Assembly (NCBI GenBank): GCA_007695365.1
Contig: REDV01000092.1
Location: 114,708-178,707 of the forward strand
DNA from: Cryomorphaceae bacterium
GTDB taxonomy: Bacteria; Bacteroidota; Bacteroidia; Flavobacteriales_D; SKUL01
Reading direction: 5' to 3'
Length of the DNA stretch: 64,000 bases
Made by a program: the position numbers and the translations under genes
In this document: piece by piece, positions 54,055 to 64,000 of the stretch
How positions within the stretch are numbered: the stretch's first letter is position 1
Layout: every line of letters begins with the position of its first letter
Notes under the pieces: generated by a model
What the model was told of the DNA's origin: nothing
Databases searched by the model: none
What the model saw: only the letters and a program-made list of their open reading frames with translations

Positions 54055-55800
54055 TCAGAAGTTTAGGCTCGCTTTATAGGTAGCTACATTGTTGCGCTCA
54101 TCGGTTACTTTCACCACCAATTCACGGGTGCCTTTGAATCGGCCTTTCTCAAGGTGGTGTGTAATCCGAGAGGCTTTGGGCTCGTATTCCATCAAGATCC
54201 ATTCGCCATCAATGCGTGCTTCAAAATGTTTGATGCCGCTGAGGTCATCCGTAATAGATAGGTCAATGCGCGGAACTCCCGCCATATTCTTCCCATTGAA
54301 GATGTTCATAGGCTTGATACGAGGCGGCACCGTATCTATGCGAGCCGTGAATGAGCCGAACTCGCGCAGTCTTGTGGTAACCCATCCATCTTTGTAACGT
54401 CCACCTTTGGCCTTGTGGTATTGCCCCCCGGTTACTGCGGTTACCAATACCTTTTCCTCCAATTCTTCGGGAATATCGTCAATTTTCATTCTTAAAGTGA
54501 ACCACTTATCCACAGGCACCATTCCATCGTGAATGTGGTGAACAGGGCCAAGTGAGTTCCACAATTTGGCACCCTCGGCATAGGTGAAATCGGTGTCTTC
54601 ATACAGCCGTTGTGGAGGTATGGTTAGTGCCAGGTTATCCGTTTCAAAAACATTTTCGCGGTCGTGATGAAAAACATCCTTCACCTTTTTTCCGACAGTA
54701 GGAACAGTTGCAGGAGCTTGTGTTAACCACTCAACCTGAAACTGCAGAGTGGACTCATTGCCGTATGAATCGTTGACGACGTATTGGAAGCTATGCCGTC
54801 CGTGCGGAAGATGTACAACACCATTGTTCACAGCAGTTTTGTATACGGTGAGGTCGTTGTATGGGCTTACATAACTTCGGTGGTAATGCCATTTTTTGAG
54901 ATGAAAAAGCCTGAAGTCTTTATAGGTGTTTATTTGCCTGAAAGTGTTAAAATTGATACTGTCTAACTGACTTTCAAAGATCAGTTCATCCTCTTGATAC
55001 AGTCTGATTCGGTGAATGCCGCATTTGTTGGGAAACTCATTGAGCAGGTCGTAGGTGTGAACGGCAAAAGACGCAGGTCCAAAAACGCGAACAACTTGTT
55101 GATTTTTGAGTGTATACTTTCCGTTCGATCCCGCTACCACGTAACTCATGTCGTCACGTCTTCCTTCCACAGTGCTGGAGTCGCTCATCGGGTAAACGCG
55201 CAGCCCTCGGACAATAGGAGGAATATCGTCTTTAATTGCGAAGTTAAATAGCAAGGGGTTCAAAGAGAGTTGGCTGGTTGTTTCTCGAATCTCAAAATGC
55301 AGGTGTGGTCCGCCCGATCCGCCCGTATTGCCCGATTTGGCGATAACTTCGCCCCGCTCTACGGGTGCCTGATGGGGTTCGAGTTTGAGGTCCAATTCAA
55401 AAGATTCCAGGGAGTATTGCTCTACACGTGCCAAAAGCGCCAGTTTGGGACTGAGTGTTTTGAGGTGAGCATACACAGTGGTGTAGCCGTTTGGGTGGTC
55501 GATGTACAAAGCATTTCCATAGCCATAGGGAGATATGCGAATACGAGATACGTAACCTTCTGCCGCTGCGACAACATTCATTCCTTCTACCCCCTGGGTT
55601 TTGATGTCTATGCCTGAGTGGAAGTGATTGCTTCTCAATTCTGCAAAATTCCCTGAGAGGAAAAGCGGAATATCCAGTGGAGCTGAAAAATAATCAACCG
55701 GCCAATGAGCGGGCTGTGCACTGGCGGGCACCGACCAAAAAAAAGCCCCGAACAACAGGGCTGTCATAACTGCCAAATGACTGAAAGGTATCTTAAACAT
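54055..55800 (-). CDS. M23 family metallopeptidase (581 aa)
   Basis: Signal peptide, HFHSGIDI and GNTGGSGGPHLHFEIR (HxxxD / HxH zinc motifs), plus a long C-terminal extension. Confidence 0.85.
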   Translation of the reverse strand: MFKIPFSHLAVMTALLFGAFFWSVPASAQPAHWPVDYFSAPLDIPLFLSGNFAELRSNHFHSGIDIKTQGVEGMNVVAAAEGYVSRIRISPYGYGNALYIDHPNGYTTVYAHLKTLSPKLALLARVEQYSLESFELDLKLEPHQAPVERGEVIAKSGNTGGSGGPHLHFEIRETTSQLSLNPLLFNFAIKDDIPPIVRGLRVYPMSDSSTVEGRRDDMSYVVAGSNGKYTLKNQQVVRVFGPASFAVHTYDLLNEFPNKCGIHRIRLYQEDELIFESQLDSINFNTFRQINTYKDFRLFHLKKWHYHRSYVSPYNDLTVYKTAVNNGVVHLPHGRHSFQYVVNDSYGNESTLQFQVEWLTQAPATVPTVGKKVKDVFHHDRENVFETDNLALTIPPQRLYEDTDFTYAEGAKLWNSLGPVHHIHDGMVPVDKWFTLRMKIDDIPEELEEKVLVTAVTGGQYHKAKGGRYKDGWVTTRLREFGSFTARIDTVPPRIKPMNIFNGKNMAGVPRIDLSITDDLSGIKHFEARIDGEWILMEYEPKASRITHHLEKGRFKGTRELVVKVTDERNNVATYKASLNF

Positions 55801-55807
55801 GTGTTAG

Positions 55808-55815
55808 CAAAAATA
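55808..55815 (-). promoter_or_regulatory. Candidate -7 box (TATTTTTG)
   Basis: The minus strand matches TAnnTTTG, 8 nt upstream of the ATG at 55800. Confidence 0.35.
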
Positions 55816-55926
55816 AGTGTTGCTGCGGGTCGCCATCATTGGTGCTCACACAGATTTCAACAAATGCGGGTGCAAATGTTGTGCCTGATGATAAATTCTG
55901 AAGTTGGTCAAGTGGCTTCACTGTGC

Positions 55927-55934
55927 TACCTTTG
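55927..55934 (+). promoter_or_regulatory. Candidate -7 box (TACCTTTG)
   Basis: Matches TAnnTTTG, 30 nt upstream of the ATG at 55964. Confidence 0.4.
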
Positions 55935-55963
55935 TGCACGAAATGATCAGGTAAAAAACTACC

Positions 55964-56251
55964 ATGTCACAATTGCTCGATAAACTTTCTGATTTAAACC
56001 ATCTTGTAGATAAAATCGGAAAGCGTTTGGCTGATTTGGAAGCTGAGAATGATGCCCTCAGGGCAGAGTTGAGAACCAAAGAGATGGCTGTTCAGAGCAT
56101 GCAGGCAGAAGTTGAAAACCTGAAAGAACAACACAAGTTAATGACGCTGACCTCGTCGTTGCCCAAAGGTGAACATCGCAAAGATGTAAAGCTCAAAATC
56201 AACGATATGGTAAGAGAGATTGACAAGTGCATTGCTTTGTTGAATACGTAG
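55964..56251 (+). CDS. Coiled-coil protein (95 aa), possibly division-associated
   Basis: Heptad-rich sequence (LADLEAENDALRAELRTKEMAVQSMQAEVENLKEQ) located immediately upstream of zapA. Confidence 0.5.
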   Translation: MSQLLDKLSDLNHLVDKIGKRLADLEAENDALRAELRTKEMAVQSMQAEVENLKEQHKLMTLTSSLPKGEHRKDVKLKINDMVREIDKCIALLNT

Positions 56252-56261
56252 GAACATCCAG

Positions 56262-56540
56262 ATGAGCGAGTTATCTATACGGGTTAGTATTGCCGGCAGG
56301 GTTTATCCTCTTACTGTGGAACAGCAGGAGGAGGAAATAGTGCGCAAAGCGGCTAAGTACATCGACCAGAAAATTAACGAGCTCAAGAACCAATACGCTG
56401 TGAATGACATTCAGGACTACCTCGCCATGGTAGCTTTGGAGATGTCTGCTAAACTACAGGAACCACCGCCAACAACCGATGTGGAGATGGATGAACAGGT
56501 TGAAGTATTGCGTAAAAAGCTGGAATCCTGCATGAAATAA
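56262..56540 (+). CDS. zapA: Cell division protein ZapA
   Basis: [36 protein letters not shown] is a typical ZapA N-terminal pattern. Confidence 0.8.
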   Translation: MSELSIRVSIAGRVYPLTVEQQEEEIVRKAAKYIDQKINELKNQYAVNDIQDYLAMVALEMSAKLQEPPPTTDVEMDEQVEVLRKKLESCMK

Positions 56541-56592
56541 GCGATGCGTTTGCCCTTCTCCTTTCAGGGGTTTTAAACTAAAGAAGGAAAAA

Positions 56593-58137
56593 ATGGGAGA
56601 AATGACTTATGCCGTAATTGGCCTGTTTGCCGGAGTTTTAGCCGGTGGATTGGTCGTTTACCTCGTGCTGAACGGTTTGCTGAAACGGCGCAATGAGGCG
56701 GTTATCAAGGAGGCAGAGAAAGAAGCCGAGCAAATCAAGAAAGACCGCATTTTGCAGGCCAAGGAAAAGTTCCTGCAGTTAAAGGCTGAGCACGAGAAAA
56801 TGATCAATGAACGCAACCAAAAGTTGCAGCAGTCTGAAAACAAGTTCAAGCAGCGTGAATCGCAGCTCAACAAAAAGACTGAAGAGGTGAACCGGCTCAA
56901 CAAAGATTTGGAGCGAAAGCGCGGCAACCTCGACCAGCAGCTCGAGATTGTGAACAAAAAGCAGGAAGAGCTGCGTAAAGAGCATCAACGCCAGGTTGAG
57001 GCCCTTGAAAAGCTATCGGGCTACTCCGCCGAAGAAGCGAAAAATCAATTGGTGGAAGCTCTGCGGGATGAAGCAAAGACCGCGGCCATGGCCATGATTA
57101 AGGAGATTTCGGATGAAGCAAAACTCACAGCCAACCAGGAAGCTAAGAAGATTGTAATCCAGTCTATTCAGCGCGTGGCAACGGAGCATGCCATTGAGAA
57201 TTCAGTGTCGGTTTTCAACATCGAAAACGACGATATCAAAGGTCGAATCATTGGACGTGAAGGCCGAAACATCCGTGCGATAGAAGCTGCAACCGGCGTT
57301 GAGGTTATTGTAGATGACACGCCGGAGGCCATTATCCTGAGTTGCTTTGACCCTGTTCGTCGCGAAATTGCGCGACTCTCATTGCACCAGCTTGTAACAG
57401 ACGGTCGTATCCACCCGGCAAGGATTGAAGAGGTGGTGAAGAAAGTTACCCGCCAGATTGAAGACGAAATCGTAGAAACCGGTAAGCGCACATGTATTGA
57501 CCTTGGAATCCATGGTCTTCATGCGGAGCTGGTTCGCATGGTAGGCCGCATGAAATATCGCTCGTCGTACGGCCAGAACCTGCTGCAGCACAGCCGTGAG
57601 GTTGCCAATCTTTGCGCAACCATGGCTGCAGAACTTGGTCTGAGCACCAAAGCCGCCAAACGGGCAGGTCTATTGCACGATATTGGAAAAGTACCTGACG
57701 ATGAGCCCGAATTGCCGCACGCCATTTTGGGTATGCGTCTCGCTGAGAAGTACGGAGAGAAACCCGACGTGTGCAACGCCATCGGTGCGCACCACGACGA
57801 AGTGGAGATGACCAGCCTTATTTCGCCCATCGTTCAGGTGTGTGATGCCATTTCAGGAGCCCGCCCCGGTGCACGTCGCGAAGTGGTTGAGGCCTACATT
57901 CAGCGTCTGAAAAATCTGGAAGACCTTGCGCTCAGCTACCCCGGTGTAACCAAGTCTTTTGCCATTCAGGCCGGCCGTGAACTGCGTGTGATGGTGGAGT
58001 CTGAAAAAGTGACTGATCAGCAGGCAGAACAGCTCTCGTTTGATATTTCGCAGCGCATCATGAATGAGATGACCTATCCTGGTCAAATCAAAGTAACTGT
58101 GATTCGCGAAATGCGCTCAGTGAACTACGCCAAGTAA
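56593..58137 (+). CDS. rny: Ribonuclease Y
   Basis: N-terminal TM helix, long coiled coil, KH domain ([15 protein letters not shown]) and HD domain (LLHDIGK, GAHH). Confidence 0.95.
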   Translation: MGEMTYAVIGLFAGVLAGGLVVYLVLNGLLKRRNEAVIKEAEKEAEQIKKDRILQAKEKFLQLKAEHEKMINERNQKLQQSENKFKQRESQLNKKTEEVNRLNKDLERKRGNLDQQLEIVNKKQEELRKEHQRQVEALEKLSGYSAEEAKNQLVEALRDEAKTAAMAMIKEISDEAKLTANQEAKKIVIQSIQRVATEHAIENSVSVFNIENDDIKGRIIGREGRNIRAIEAATGVEVIVDDTPEAIILSCFDPVRREIARLSLHQLVTDGRIHPARIEEVVKKVTRQIEDEIVETGKRTCIDLGIHGLHAELVRMVGRMKYRSSYGQNLLQHSREVANLCATMAAELGLSTKAAKRAGLLHDIGKVPDDEPELPHAILGMRLAEKYGEKPDVCNAIGAHHDEVEMTSLISPIVQVCDAISGARPGARREVVEAYIQRLKNLEDLALSYPGVTKSFAIQAGRELRVMVESEKVTDQQAEQLSFDISQRIMNEMTYPGQIKVTVIREMRSVNYAK

Positions 58138-58144
58138 CAACCGG

Positions 58145-59125
58145 ATGGACTTTGCCGGAACACGCATTTTGGTAACGGGTGGGGCCGGGTTTATCGGTTC
58201 CAATCTTTGTGAGGCCCTCCTTGAGCTGGGGGCCGGGGTGCGGTGTTTCGATAATTTCCTCACCGGAAAGCGATCCAATATTGAACAGCTTTTGGCGCAC
58301 CCCAACTTCGAGCTGATGGAAGGTGACATTCGCATTCAGCAAGATTGTGAAAACGCTGTTGCAGGTTGCCGCTGGGTGCTTCATCAGGCGGCATTGGGTT
58401 CTGTGCCTCGTTCGGTTGCCGACCCCATTACAACCAACGAAATCAATATCAACGGTTTTCTGAACATCATTGAGGCAAGCCGAAAAGCCGGAGTAGAGCG
58501 CTTCGTATATGCTGCGAGCTCTTCAACCTATGGCGATCACCCTGGACTGCCCAAAGTAGAAGATAAAATCGGGAAGCCGTTATCTCCTTATGCGGTAACT
58601 AAATACGTAAACGAGCTCTATGCGGATGTGTATGGCAAGCTGCATGGTTTGCCAAACATAGGGTTGCGCTATTTCAACGTGTTTGGGAGGCGTCAAGATC
58701 CGGACGGAGCATACGCAGCAGCCATTCCGAAATTTATCCGGGCGTTCATGCGATACGAGTCCCCGGTGGTTCACGGCGATGGTTCACAAACCCGTGATTT
58801 CACCTACATTGATAACGTGATTCACGCCAACCTTTGCGCCCTTACCACCAAGAACCCCGAAGCCCTAAACAAAGTGTACAACGTGGCGTTTGGCGAAAGC
58901 ACTGACTTGAATTCTCTTGTGAAAATTCTGAAAGCAGAGCTCGCGAAATTCGATGAGAAAATTGCGGGGGTTGATATCTCCCATGGCGCCCAGCGTGTGG
59001 GTGATGTGAAACACTCACTGGCGGATATTTCTCGAGCCAGAAACCTGCTGGGTTACAATCCCCAATTTAATTTTCGCGAGGGTATAGAAAAAGCCATTGA
59101 GTGGTATTGGCAACATTACCGATAG
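58145..59125 (+). CDS. NAD-dependent nucleotide-sugar epimerase/dehydratase (SDR, WbpP/TviC-like)
   Basis: TGGAGFIGSNL, SSSTYG and YAVTKYVNE (Y-x3-K). Confidence 0.9.
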   Translation: MDFAGTRILVTGGAGFIGSNLCEALLELGAGVRCFDNFLTGKRSNIEQLLAHPNFELMEGDIRIQQDCENAVAGCRWVLHQAALGSVPRSVADPITTNEININGFLNIIEASRKAGVERFVYAASSSTYGDHPGLPKVEDKIGKPLSPYAVTKYVNELYADVYGKLHGLPNIGLRYFNVFGRRQDPDGAYAAAIPKFIRAFMRYESPVVHGDGSQTRDFTYIDNVIHANLCALTTKNPEALNKVYNVAFGESTDLNSLVKILKAELAKFDEKIAGVDISHGAQRVGDVKHSLADISRARNLLGYNPQFNFREGIEKAIEWYWQHYR

Positions 59126-59138
59126 TACTTACAGATAG

Positions 59139-59170
59139 TTTCAGGATAGTGCTAACCCTGAAATTTGTTC
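59139..59170 (+). terminator. Weak AU-rich hairpin after the epimerase gene
   Basis: TTTCAGG-11 nt-CCTGAAA followed by TTTGTTCCTTT. Confidence 0.35.
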
Positions 59171-59183
59171 CTTTATCCTGATT

Positions 59184-60248
59184 ATGTCACGCACCATCCT
59201 TCAGATTATCGGAGCTCGTCCTCAGTTTGTGAAGCTCGCTGTGGTAAGCAGAGCTTTGGCGGCACATTCCGGAGTGCGCGAAATCATCGTTCACACCGGT
59301 CAGCATTTTGATGCCAATATGTCGGCTGTCTTTTTTGAGGAGTTGGAAATTCCACAACCCGACTTCAATCTCGGGATTCATGGAACCGGCAATGAAGGCA
59401 CGATCCAAACCATGCGCGAGGCGTTGGTTGCTTTGATGCAATCTGTTTCCTCAGATGTGGTGGTGGTTTACGGCGATACATACAGCACACTTGCGGGTGC
59501 TTTGGCAGCCGAGGAATTGCAAATTCCACTTGCTCATGTAGAAGCGGGTTTGCGGAGTTTCAATGCCTCTATGCCCGAGGAACACAACCGTATAGAAACG
59601 GATAAGAGGGCTCATTGGTTGTTTGCACCTACTGATGTGGCTATGATGAACCTGGCGAATGAAGGGTTGGATAAAGCTCCGAGAATCGTGGCGAATACAG
59701 GTGACGTGATGTACGACGCGGTTCGCTATTACGCTCAGCGTGCTAAAAATGAAAGCATCGAACCAGTACCTGGGCATTTTGTGCTTTGTACCCTTCATCG
59801 CGCCGAAAACACTGATGATCCCGAAAGGCTAAAAGAACTTGTTGATGCCCTCAATGAAATCTCTCGCCGCTTTGAGATTGTACTGCCATTGCACCCACGG
59901 ACAAGGCAGCGGTTGCAGTCCTTCGGACTGCGCTTTGTTTTCCCCACCCACCCGCCCTTGTCCTACCTCCGCATCCTGCAACTCCTTCGTCATTGCCAAT
60001 TTGTTCTCACCGATAGTGGTGGATTGCAAAAAGAAGCTTACTTCCTCGGTAAGTATTGCATCACCTTACGCGATGAAACAGAGTGGACCGAACTTGTAAA
60101 AGGTGGGTACAACCAACTCGCAGGTGCCGATAAGCAGCGAATTCTGGCTGCGGTGCAGAATATTCCTTCCGAAAAGGGGGTTTTTAGCGAAGGATGGTAC
60201 GGGCAGGGAAATGCCGGAGAAAAGATTGTAAGTGCGCTCCTGGGCTAA
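59184..60248 (+). CDS. wecB: UDP-N-acetylglucosamine 2-epimerase (non-hydrolysing)
   Basis: IIGARPQFVKLA, VHTGQHFD, HVEAGLRSFN, HRAEN and TDSGGLQKEAY. Confidence 0.9.
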   Translation: MSRTILQIIGARPQFVKLAVVSRALAAHSGVREIIVHTGQHFDANMSAVFFEELEIPQPDFNLGIHGTGNEGTIQTMREALVALMQSVSSDVVVVYGDTYSTLAGALAAEELQIPLAHVEAGLRSFNASMPEEHNRIETDKRAHWLFAPTDVAMMNLANEGLDKAPRIVANTGDVMYDAVRYYAQRAKNESIEPVPGHFVLCTLHRAENTDDPERLKELVDALNEISRRFEIVLPLHPRTRQRLQSFGLRFVFPTHPPLSYLRILQLLRHCQFVLTDSGGLQKEAYFLGKYCITLRDETEWTELVKGGYNQLAGADKQRILAAVQNIPSEKGVFSEGWYGQGNAGEKIVSALLG

Positions 60249-60254
60249 ACATCC

Positions 60255-61154
60255 TCAAGTGGACGAAAAGATTGCCAACAGCTTTTTGAGTTCTTCAATT
60301 TTGGCCTCCTCGCCACTGTGCTGATAGGCAAAAATCAGGTTGTGAATACACCGAACCATCATCACACTGTTGTCGCACGGCATGAAGTATTCGGGTTTAG
60401 GTTCCAGCTTTTGCCGCTTGAGGAATCGCACAATTTCGGCCCTGTTCAGTAAAATGCCTTTGCTGAATGCATCCAGGTAGAAAAGCACTTTGCGCTCTTT
60501 GTTGGCAGTGTCGGTTTCGCGGTATATGTTAAATCGGTCTTCGTAGGCAAGCACAAAATGGTGTGGTAGGTTTACACCAAAAATCGGTACATCAAGACTT
60601 TCTGCCAAAATGATGTACAGCATGCTCAATGACAAAGGGTTGCCTCTTTTCGATTCCAGAACGTGGCTCAGATAGGAATTGTGCGGTGCGTGGTAGTTTT
60701 TCTTGTTTCCTTTAAAGCCGTGCACGTTAAAGATGATTTCGTTCATCACGCGAACCTGTTCAAACGCTGTGAGGTTATCGTTCAGTTCCAGCCAGATATC
60801 CTGACGAACACGCGCAATGGTTTCGCGGATTTCTGATTCGTCCAACTCGGGGTATTGGTAGCGGTTAATGATTAAAGCACCTTCAAGCAGACTTTCGGCA
60901 CCGCTTTGGTACCACTCCTTCAAGCTCAGCTCAACCGACGTGAACTGAATTTCGTGGATGATGTCTTCAATGCGCTGCTGAAACACATCGCCCGGTTCCT
61001 GGTCTTCCCAGAAAAGCTCAAGTTTGGGTATTACCGAAATTCCCAGTGATACTATCTGATCGCGAACCTGGGTGTAAATTTGATCGTCGGGGTCGTCAAT
61101 CAGGTTGAGCAGGGCATCAATCTCTTCGGGCTTGAGCGGCGAACCATCATTCAT
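60255..61154 (-). CDS. Transglutaminase-like / SirB1-type family protein
   Basis: RGNPLSLSMLYIILAESLDVPIFGVNLPHHFVLAY pattern. I prefer the ATG at 61154 over the GTG at 61184. Confidence 0.65.
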   Translation of the reverse strand: MNDGSPLKPEEIDALLNLIDDPDDQIYTQVRDQIVSLGISVIPKLELFWEDQEPGDVFQQRIEDIIHEIQFTSVELSLKEWYQSGAESLLEGALIINRYQYPELDESEIRETIARVRQDIWLELNDNLTAFEQVRVMNEIIFNVHGFKGNKKNYHAPHNSYLSHVLESKRGNPLSLSMLYIILAESLDVPIFGVNLPHHFVLAYEDRFNIYRETDTANKERKVLFYLDAFSKGILLNRAEIVRFLKRQKLEPKPEYFMPCDNSVMMVRCIHNLIFAYQHSGEEAKIEELKKLLAIFSST

Positions 61155-61209
61155 AGTACGAATGTACAACGCGGCAGAGCACACCCTGTTCGCCCATAGA
61201 GCTCCTTTT

Positions 61210-62115
61210 TCAATAGCCTGATGTTAATCGCTCCAATACCACGCGTATCATTCTGTCTACGGCAGCGTGGTAATCACGGCTGAATTCCATGCGCATACGA
61301 TTGGCGATGATGGTGCAAACCGTTGCAGTTTGATGGCCCAGCATTCCGCCCAGTCCATACAAGGCTGAGGTCTCCATTTCGAAGTTGGTAATGCGGTAAC
61401 CGCGGTGCGCAAAGCTGCTCAGTTGTTCGTTGAGCCGGGGCAGTCGCGTGGGTATACGGAGCATTCGCCCTTGCGGACCATAAAACCCGCATGCCGTGGC
61501 GGTAATGCCGTGGTTCATTTCGGGGCCGTCAATGCGCTCAAAGAGGTTTTTGCCCGCTGCCGCCACGTAGGGAGATCCCATGTCCTGCGGCCAGTTTGCG
61601 TGCCCGAGAAAAGCGTTTCGTAACTCCATTTCTTCTTCTTCAAACTCACACTGGTAGTAATTCAGCACCTGATCCAAGCCCAGGCCATGGGTAGAAAGCA
61701 GAAACTGATCTACTCCAAGATCCGGTTGGAGTGCGCCGGAGGTTCCGAGGCGAACAATATTCAAGGAGGTGTGCTCCGGAAGGATAGTGCGGTTTTGAAG
61801 GTCGATGTTTAGGAGTGCGTCCAGTTCATTCAGCACGATGTCAATATTGTCGGTGCCAATACCGGTTGACATGGCCGAAACGGGCATTGTGCCAATCCTG
61901 CCTGTGTGGGTAACAAACTCTCTGTTGGTAACCCGGTGATCTACGTGGTCGAAGTATTTCGAAACTTTTTCAACCCTGCCTTGATCGCCAACTACAATGA
62001 TGTTGGATGCAATTTGATCAGGATGAAGATTGAGGTGATACACGGCACCATTTTCGGTGAGCACCAACTCTGAGGCGGCGAGTTGCCCATCAGTAACTTG
62101 TCGAGATACTTTCAT
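61210..62115 (-). CDS. Nucleoside phosphorylase (PNP/UDP family)
   Basis: VVGDQGRV, RLGTSGAL and FEMETSALY motifs of phosphorylase family 1. Confidence 0.8.
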   Translation of the reverse strand: MKVSRQVTDGQLAASELVLTENGAVYHLNLHPDQIASNIIVVGDQGRVEKVSKYFDHVDHRVTNREFVTHTGRIGTMPVSAMSTGIGTDNIDIVLNELDALLNIDLQNRTILPEHTSLNIVRLGTSGALQPDLGVDQFLLSTHGLGLDQVLNYYQCEFEEEEMELRNAFLGHANWPQDMGSPYVAAAGKNLFERIDGPEMNHGITATACGFYGPQGRMLRIPTRLPRLNEQLSSFAHRGYRITNFEMETSALYGLGGMLGHQTATVCTIIANRMRMEFSRDYHAAVDRMIRVVLERLTSGY

Positions 62116-62119
62116 TTTC

Positions 62120-62127
62120 CAAAAGTA
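62120..62127 (-). promoter_or_regulatory. Candidate -7 box (TACTTTTG)
   Basis: The minus strand matches TAnnTTTG, 5 nt upstream of the ATG at 62115. This implies a leaderless or very short leader. Confidence 0.35.
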
Positions 62128-62180
62128 GTAATTGCATCAACGCAGTATTGAGTACATCCATTGGCCGCATCAATATTGCT

Positions 62181-62188
62181 TACCTTTG
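62181..62188 (+). promoter_or_regulatory. Candidate -7 box (TACCTTTG) for cinA
   Basis: Matches TAnnTTTG, 5 nt upstream of the ATG at 62193. Confidence 0.35.
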
Positions 62189-62192
62189 ACAC

Positions 62193-63428
62193 ATGCGAGC
62201 CGAGATAATTTCCATAGGTGATGAACTGTTGTTGGGTCAAACTATCAATACCAACGCAGCATGGATGGGCAGGGAGTTGCATGAGGCCGGCATCAGCCTG
62301 CAGCAGGTAGTAACCATCACTGATAGCAGGGATCATATTCTTTCGGCGCTGAAGGAGTGTACAGAACGCGCAGATGTGGTTCTGGTAACCGGAGGTTTGG
62401 GGCCCACCCGCGACGACATTACCAAAGAGACATTGTGCTCCTTTTTCAATACCAAACTCGTTCGAAACGAAGAGGTTTTGGCTGCCATCCGACGGTATTT
62501 TGGTGAAAAAGGCATTCCGGTGTTGCCCGCCAACGAAGCACAGGCTGATTTGCCGGAGAAAGCGGATATTTTACCCAATCCCAGGGGTACAGCAATGGGA
62601 ATGTGGTTTGAGGAAAACAACAAAGTGGTGGTTTCTATGCCCGGGGTTCCGCACGAAATGGAAGGCATGATGCGTGAACAGGTGTTACCGAGGCTTCGCA
62701 GGCTATACGGAAACGGCGGTTTTTACTACGAAGTGGTGCAAACCATTGGTGTAGGCGAGTCGCGCATTGCACATACCATTAAGGACTGGGAAGATCGTAT
62801 TCGATCAGAGGGTCTTTCGCTGGCTTACCTGCCCTCATCGGGCATGGTGCGCCTGCGTGTGAGTGGGCCTGTTGAGATGAAGGAACGTGTTACACTTGAG
62901 GCCTCCAGACTGGAAGAACTCTTGGGTGATATTGTCTTTGCACGAGGTGATTACGGAATTGCTGAAGTATTGGGTGCCATGCTCAGGGAGCGGAAAATGA
63001 CCCTTGCGGTTGCGGAGAGTTGTACGGGGGGGTATCTTTCCGAAATGATTACTTCTGTTTCAGGAAGTTCTGATTACTACCTGGGAGGGGTAATCTCCTA
63101 TCATCGCATGTTGAAATCGGGTGTATTGGGAGTGGATGAGGCGGTGATAGATGCAGAAACCGCCGTATGCGAAAAAGTAGCAGTACAGATGGCAGACGGT
63201 GTTCGAAAACTTACCGGTGCAGATGTTGCTCTGGCCACTACAGGCATTGCCGGGCCCGATGGGGGCACGCCAGAGAACCCGGTTGGCACGGTTTGGATTG
63301 GAATCAGCTCAGCAGCCGGAAGTCGGGCAGAGCGATTTACTTTCGGACGAAACCGGTCGCGCAATATTAGGGTGGCCTCCTTGTTTGCCTTAAATATGCT
63401 TCGGAAGCACCTCATAGCCGGATTATGA
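62193..63428 (+). CDS. cinA: CinA family protein (MoCF-binding N-domain plus nicotinamide-nucleotide amidohydrolase PncC domain)
   Basis: MRAEIISIGDELLLGQTINTNAAWM, VTGGLGPTRDDITKE and a C-terminal AESCTGG...TGIAGPDGG. Confidence 0.9.
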   Translation: MRAEIISIGDELLLGQTINTNAAWMGRELHEAGISLQQVVTITDSRDHILSALKECTERADVVLVTGGLGPTRDDITKETLCSFFNTKLVRNEEVLAAIRRYFGEKGIPVLPANEAQADLPEKADILPNPRGTAMGMWFEENNKVVVSMPGVPHEMEGMMREQVLPRLRRLYGNGGFYYEVVQTIGVGESRIAHTIKDWEDRIRSEGLSLAYLPSSGMVRLRVSGPVEMKERVTLEASRLEELLGDIVFARGDYGIAEVLGAMLRERKMTLAVAESCTGGYLSEMITSVSGSSDYYLGGVISYHRMLKSGVLGVDEAVIDAETAVCEKVAVQMADGVRKLTGADVALATTGIAGPDGGTPENPVGTVWIGISSAAGSRAERFTFGRNRSRNIRVASLFALNMLRKHLIAGL

Positions 63429-63562
63429 GCCGATCCGTTTCAGGAGAAAACGGCGTAAAAAAAATCAAAAGAGTGATGGCAGCATATTTTTTCGCTTTTG
63501 GGGTTGCTCAACTCGAATAAAAACCCGAAGTTTGCACGCCCATTTTGAAAAATCAGAATACG

Positions 63563-63805
63563 ATGTCTCGAATTTGTCAAATCACAGGAAAAAAGCGGCA
63601 GGTAGGCCACAAGGTTTCACACTCAAATGTGAAGACCAAGCGTACCTTTGAGCCCAACCTGTTCACAAAAACGTACCAATTGCCGGAGAGCAACAAGCAA
63701 GTTACGCTGAAGGTTTCGGCCGCTGGTATGCGCACCATCAATAAATTGGGTATCCAGGAGGCACTCAAGCGCGCCAAAGAAAAAGGCTACTACACCGAAA
63801 AATAA
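63563..63805 (+). CDS. rpmB: 50S ribosomal protein L28
   Basis: MSRICQITGKKRQVGHKVSHSNVKTKRTFEPNL. I prefer the ATG at 63563 over the TTG at 63545. Confidence 0.95.
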   Translation: MSRICQITGKKRQVGHKVSHSNVKTKRTFEPNLFTKTYQLPESNKQVTLKVSAAGMRTINKLGIQEALKRAKEKGYYTEK

Positions 63806-63811
63806 GACGTC

Positions 63812-64000
63812 ATGGCCAAGAAAGGAAAAGGAAACAGAATTCAGGTTATTCTCGAGTGTACCGAGCACAAGGAAAGTGGCATGCCCGGAATTTCCCGATA
63901 TATTACCACCAAAAATCGTAAGAACACTCCCGATCGCATGGAGATTAAGAAATACAATCCCATTCTTAAGCGCATGACGGTTCACAAGGAGATTAAATAA
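63812..64000 (+). CDS. rpmG: 50S ribosomal protein L33
   Basis: [20 protein letters not shown]...[34 protein letters not shown]. The TAA stop is the last codon of the window. Confidence 0.95.
   Translation: MAKKGKGNRIQVILECTEHKESGMPGISRYITTKNRKNTPDRMEIKKYNPILKRMTVHKEIK

Noticed and set aside
1-64000. A search for mobile elements, integrases, toxin-antitoxin pairs, restriction or other defence genes, prophage blocks and rRNA/tRNA genes.
   Set aside because: None was recognisable in any translated ORF, and I noticed no terminal inverted or direct repeats flanking a block. The two holin-family annotations are widespread membrane-protein families here, not parts of phage lysis cassettes.

Overview
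This 64 kb window looks like chromosomal DNA from a Bacteroidota organism, probably Flavobacteriia-like. The evidence for that placement is:
- T9SS type A and type B C-terminal sorting domains and a PorP/SprF gene.
- A fused CcoN/CcoO cbb3 oxidase subunit.
- A 287-aa RpoD.
- Recurrent TAnnTTTG -7 promoter boxes just upstream of start codons.

All calls rest on reading the ORF translations and the DNA by eye. No database search was possible.

I support about 60 protein-coding genes. I found no rRNA, tRNA, CRISPR array, transposase or integrase.

Gene content from left to right:
1. A microaerobic respiration island: ccoI (5' partial), ccoS, ccoNO, ccoQ, ccoP, ccoG, fixH and a TauE-like gene, followed on the opposite strand by two USP genes, an FNR-type regulator and a degenerate receiver.
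2. Housekeeping genes: HD hydrolase, cls and a MutS2 paralogue.
3. A T9SS cargo island: a 1393-aa adhesin, two smaller secreted proteins, and a 7x PKD protein with a type B sorting domain next to PorP/SprF.
4. A three-gene MNIO (DUF692) / DUF2063 / Cys-Gly-repeat precursor cluster of the HvfABC/bufferin type.
5. An M49 peptidase.
6. A TPR-like protein plus stand-alone receiver operon, facing an unannotated 58-aa secreted-peptide ORF.
7. Core genes: fabG, gap, rpoD, htrA, dapF, mltG, pgm, zapA, rny, wecB, cinA, rpmB and rpmG.

The two most interesting candidates:
- The HvfABC-like RiPP cluster at 27483..29580, which has a strong terminator between the precursor and the enzyme genes.
- The Rap/Phr/Spo0F-like arrangement at 32559..35034. 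This one is inference only.
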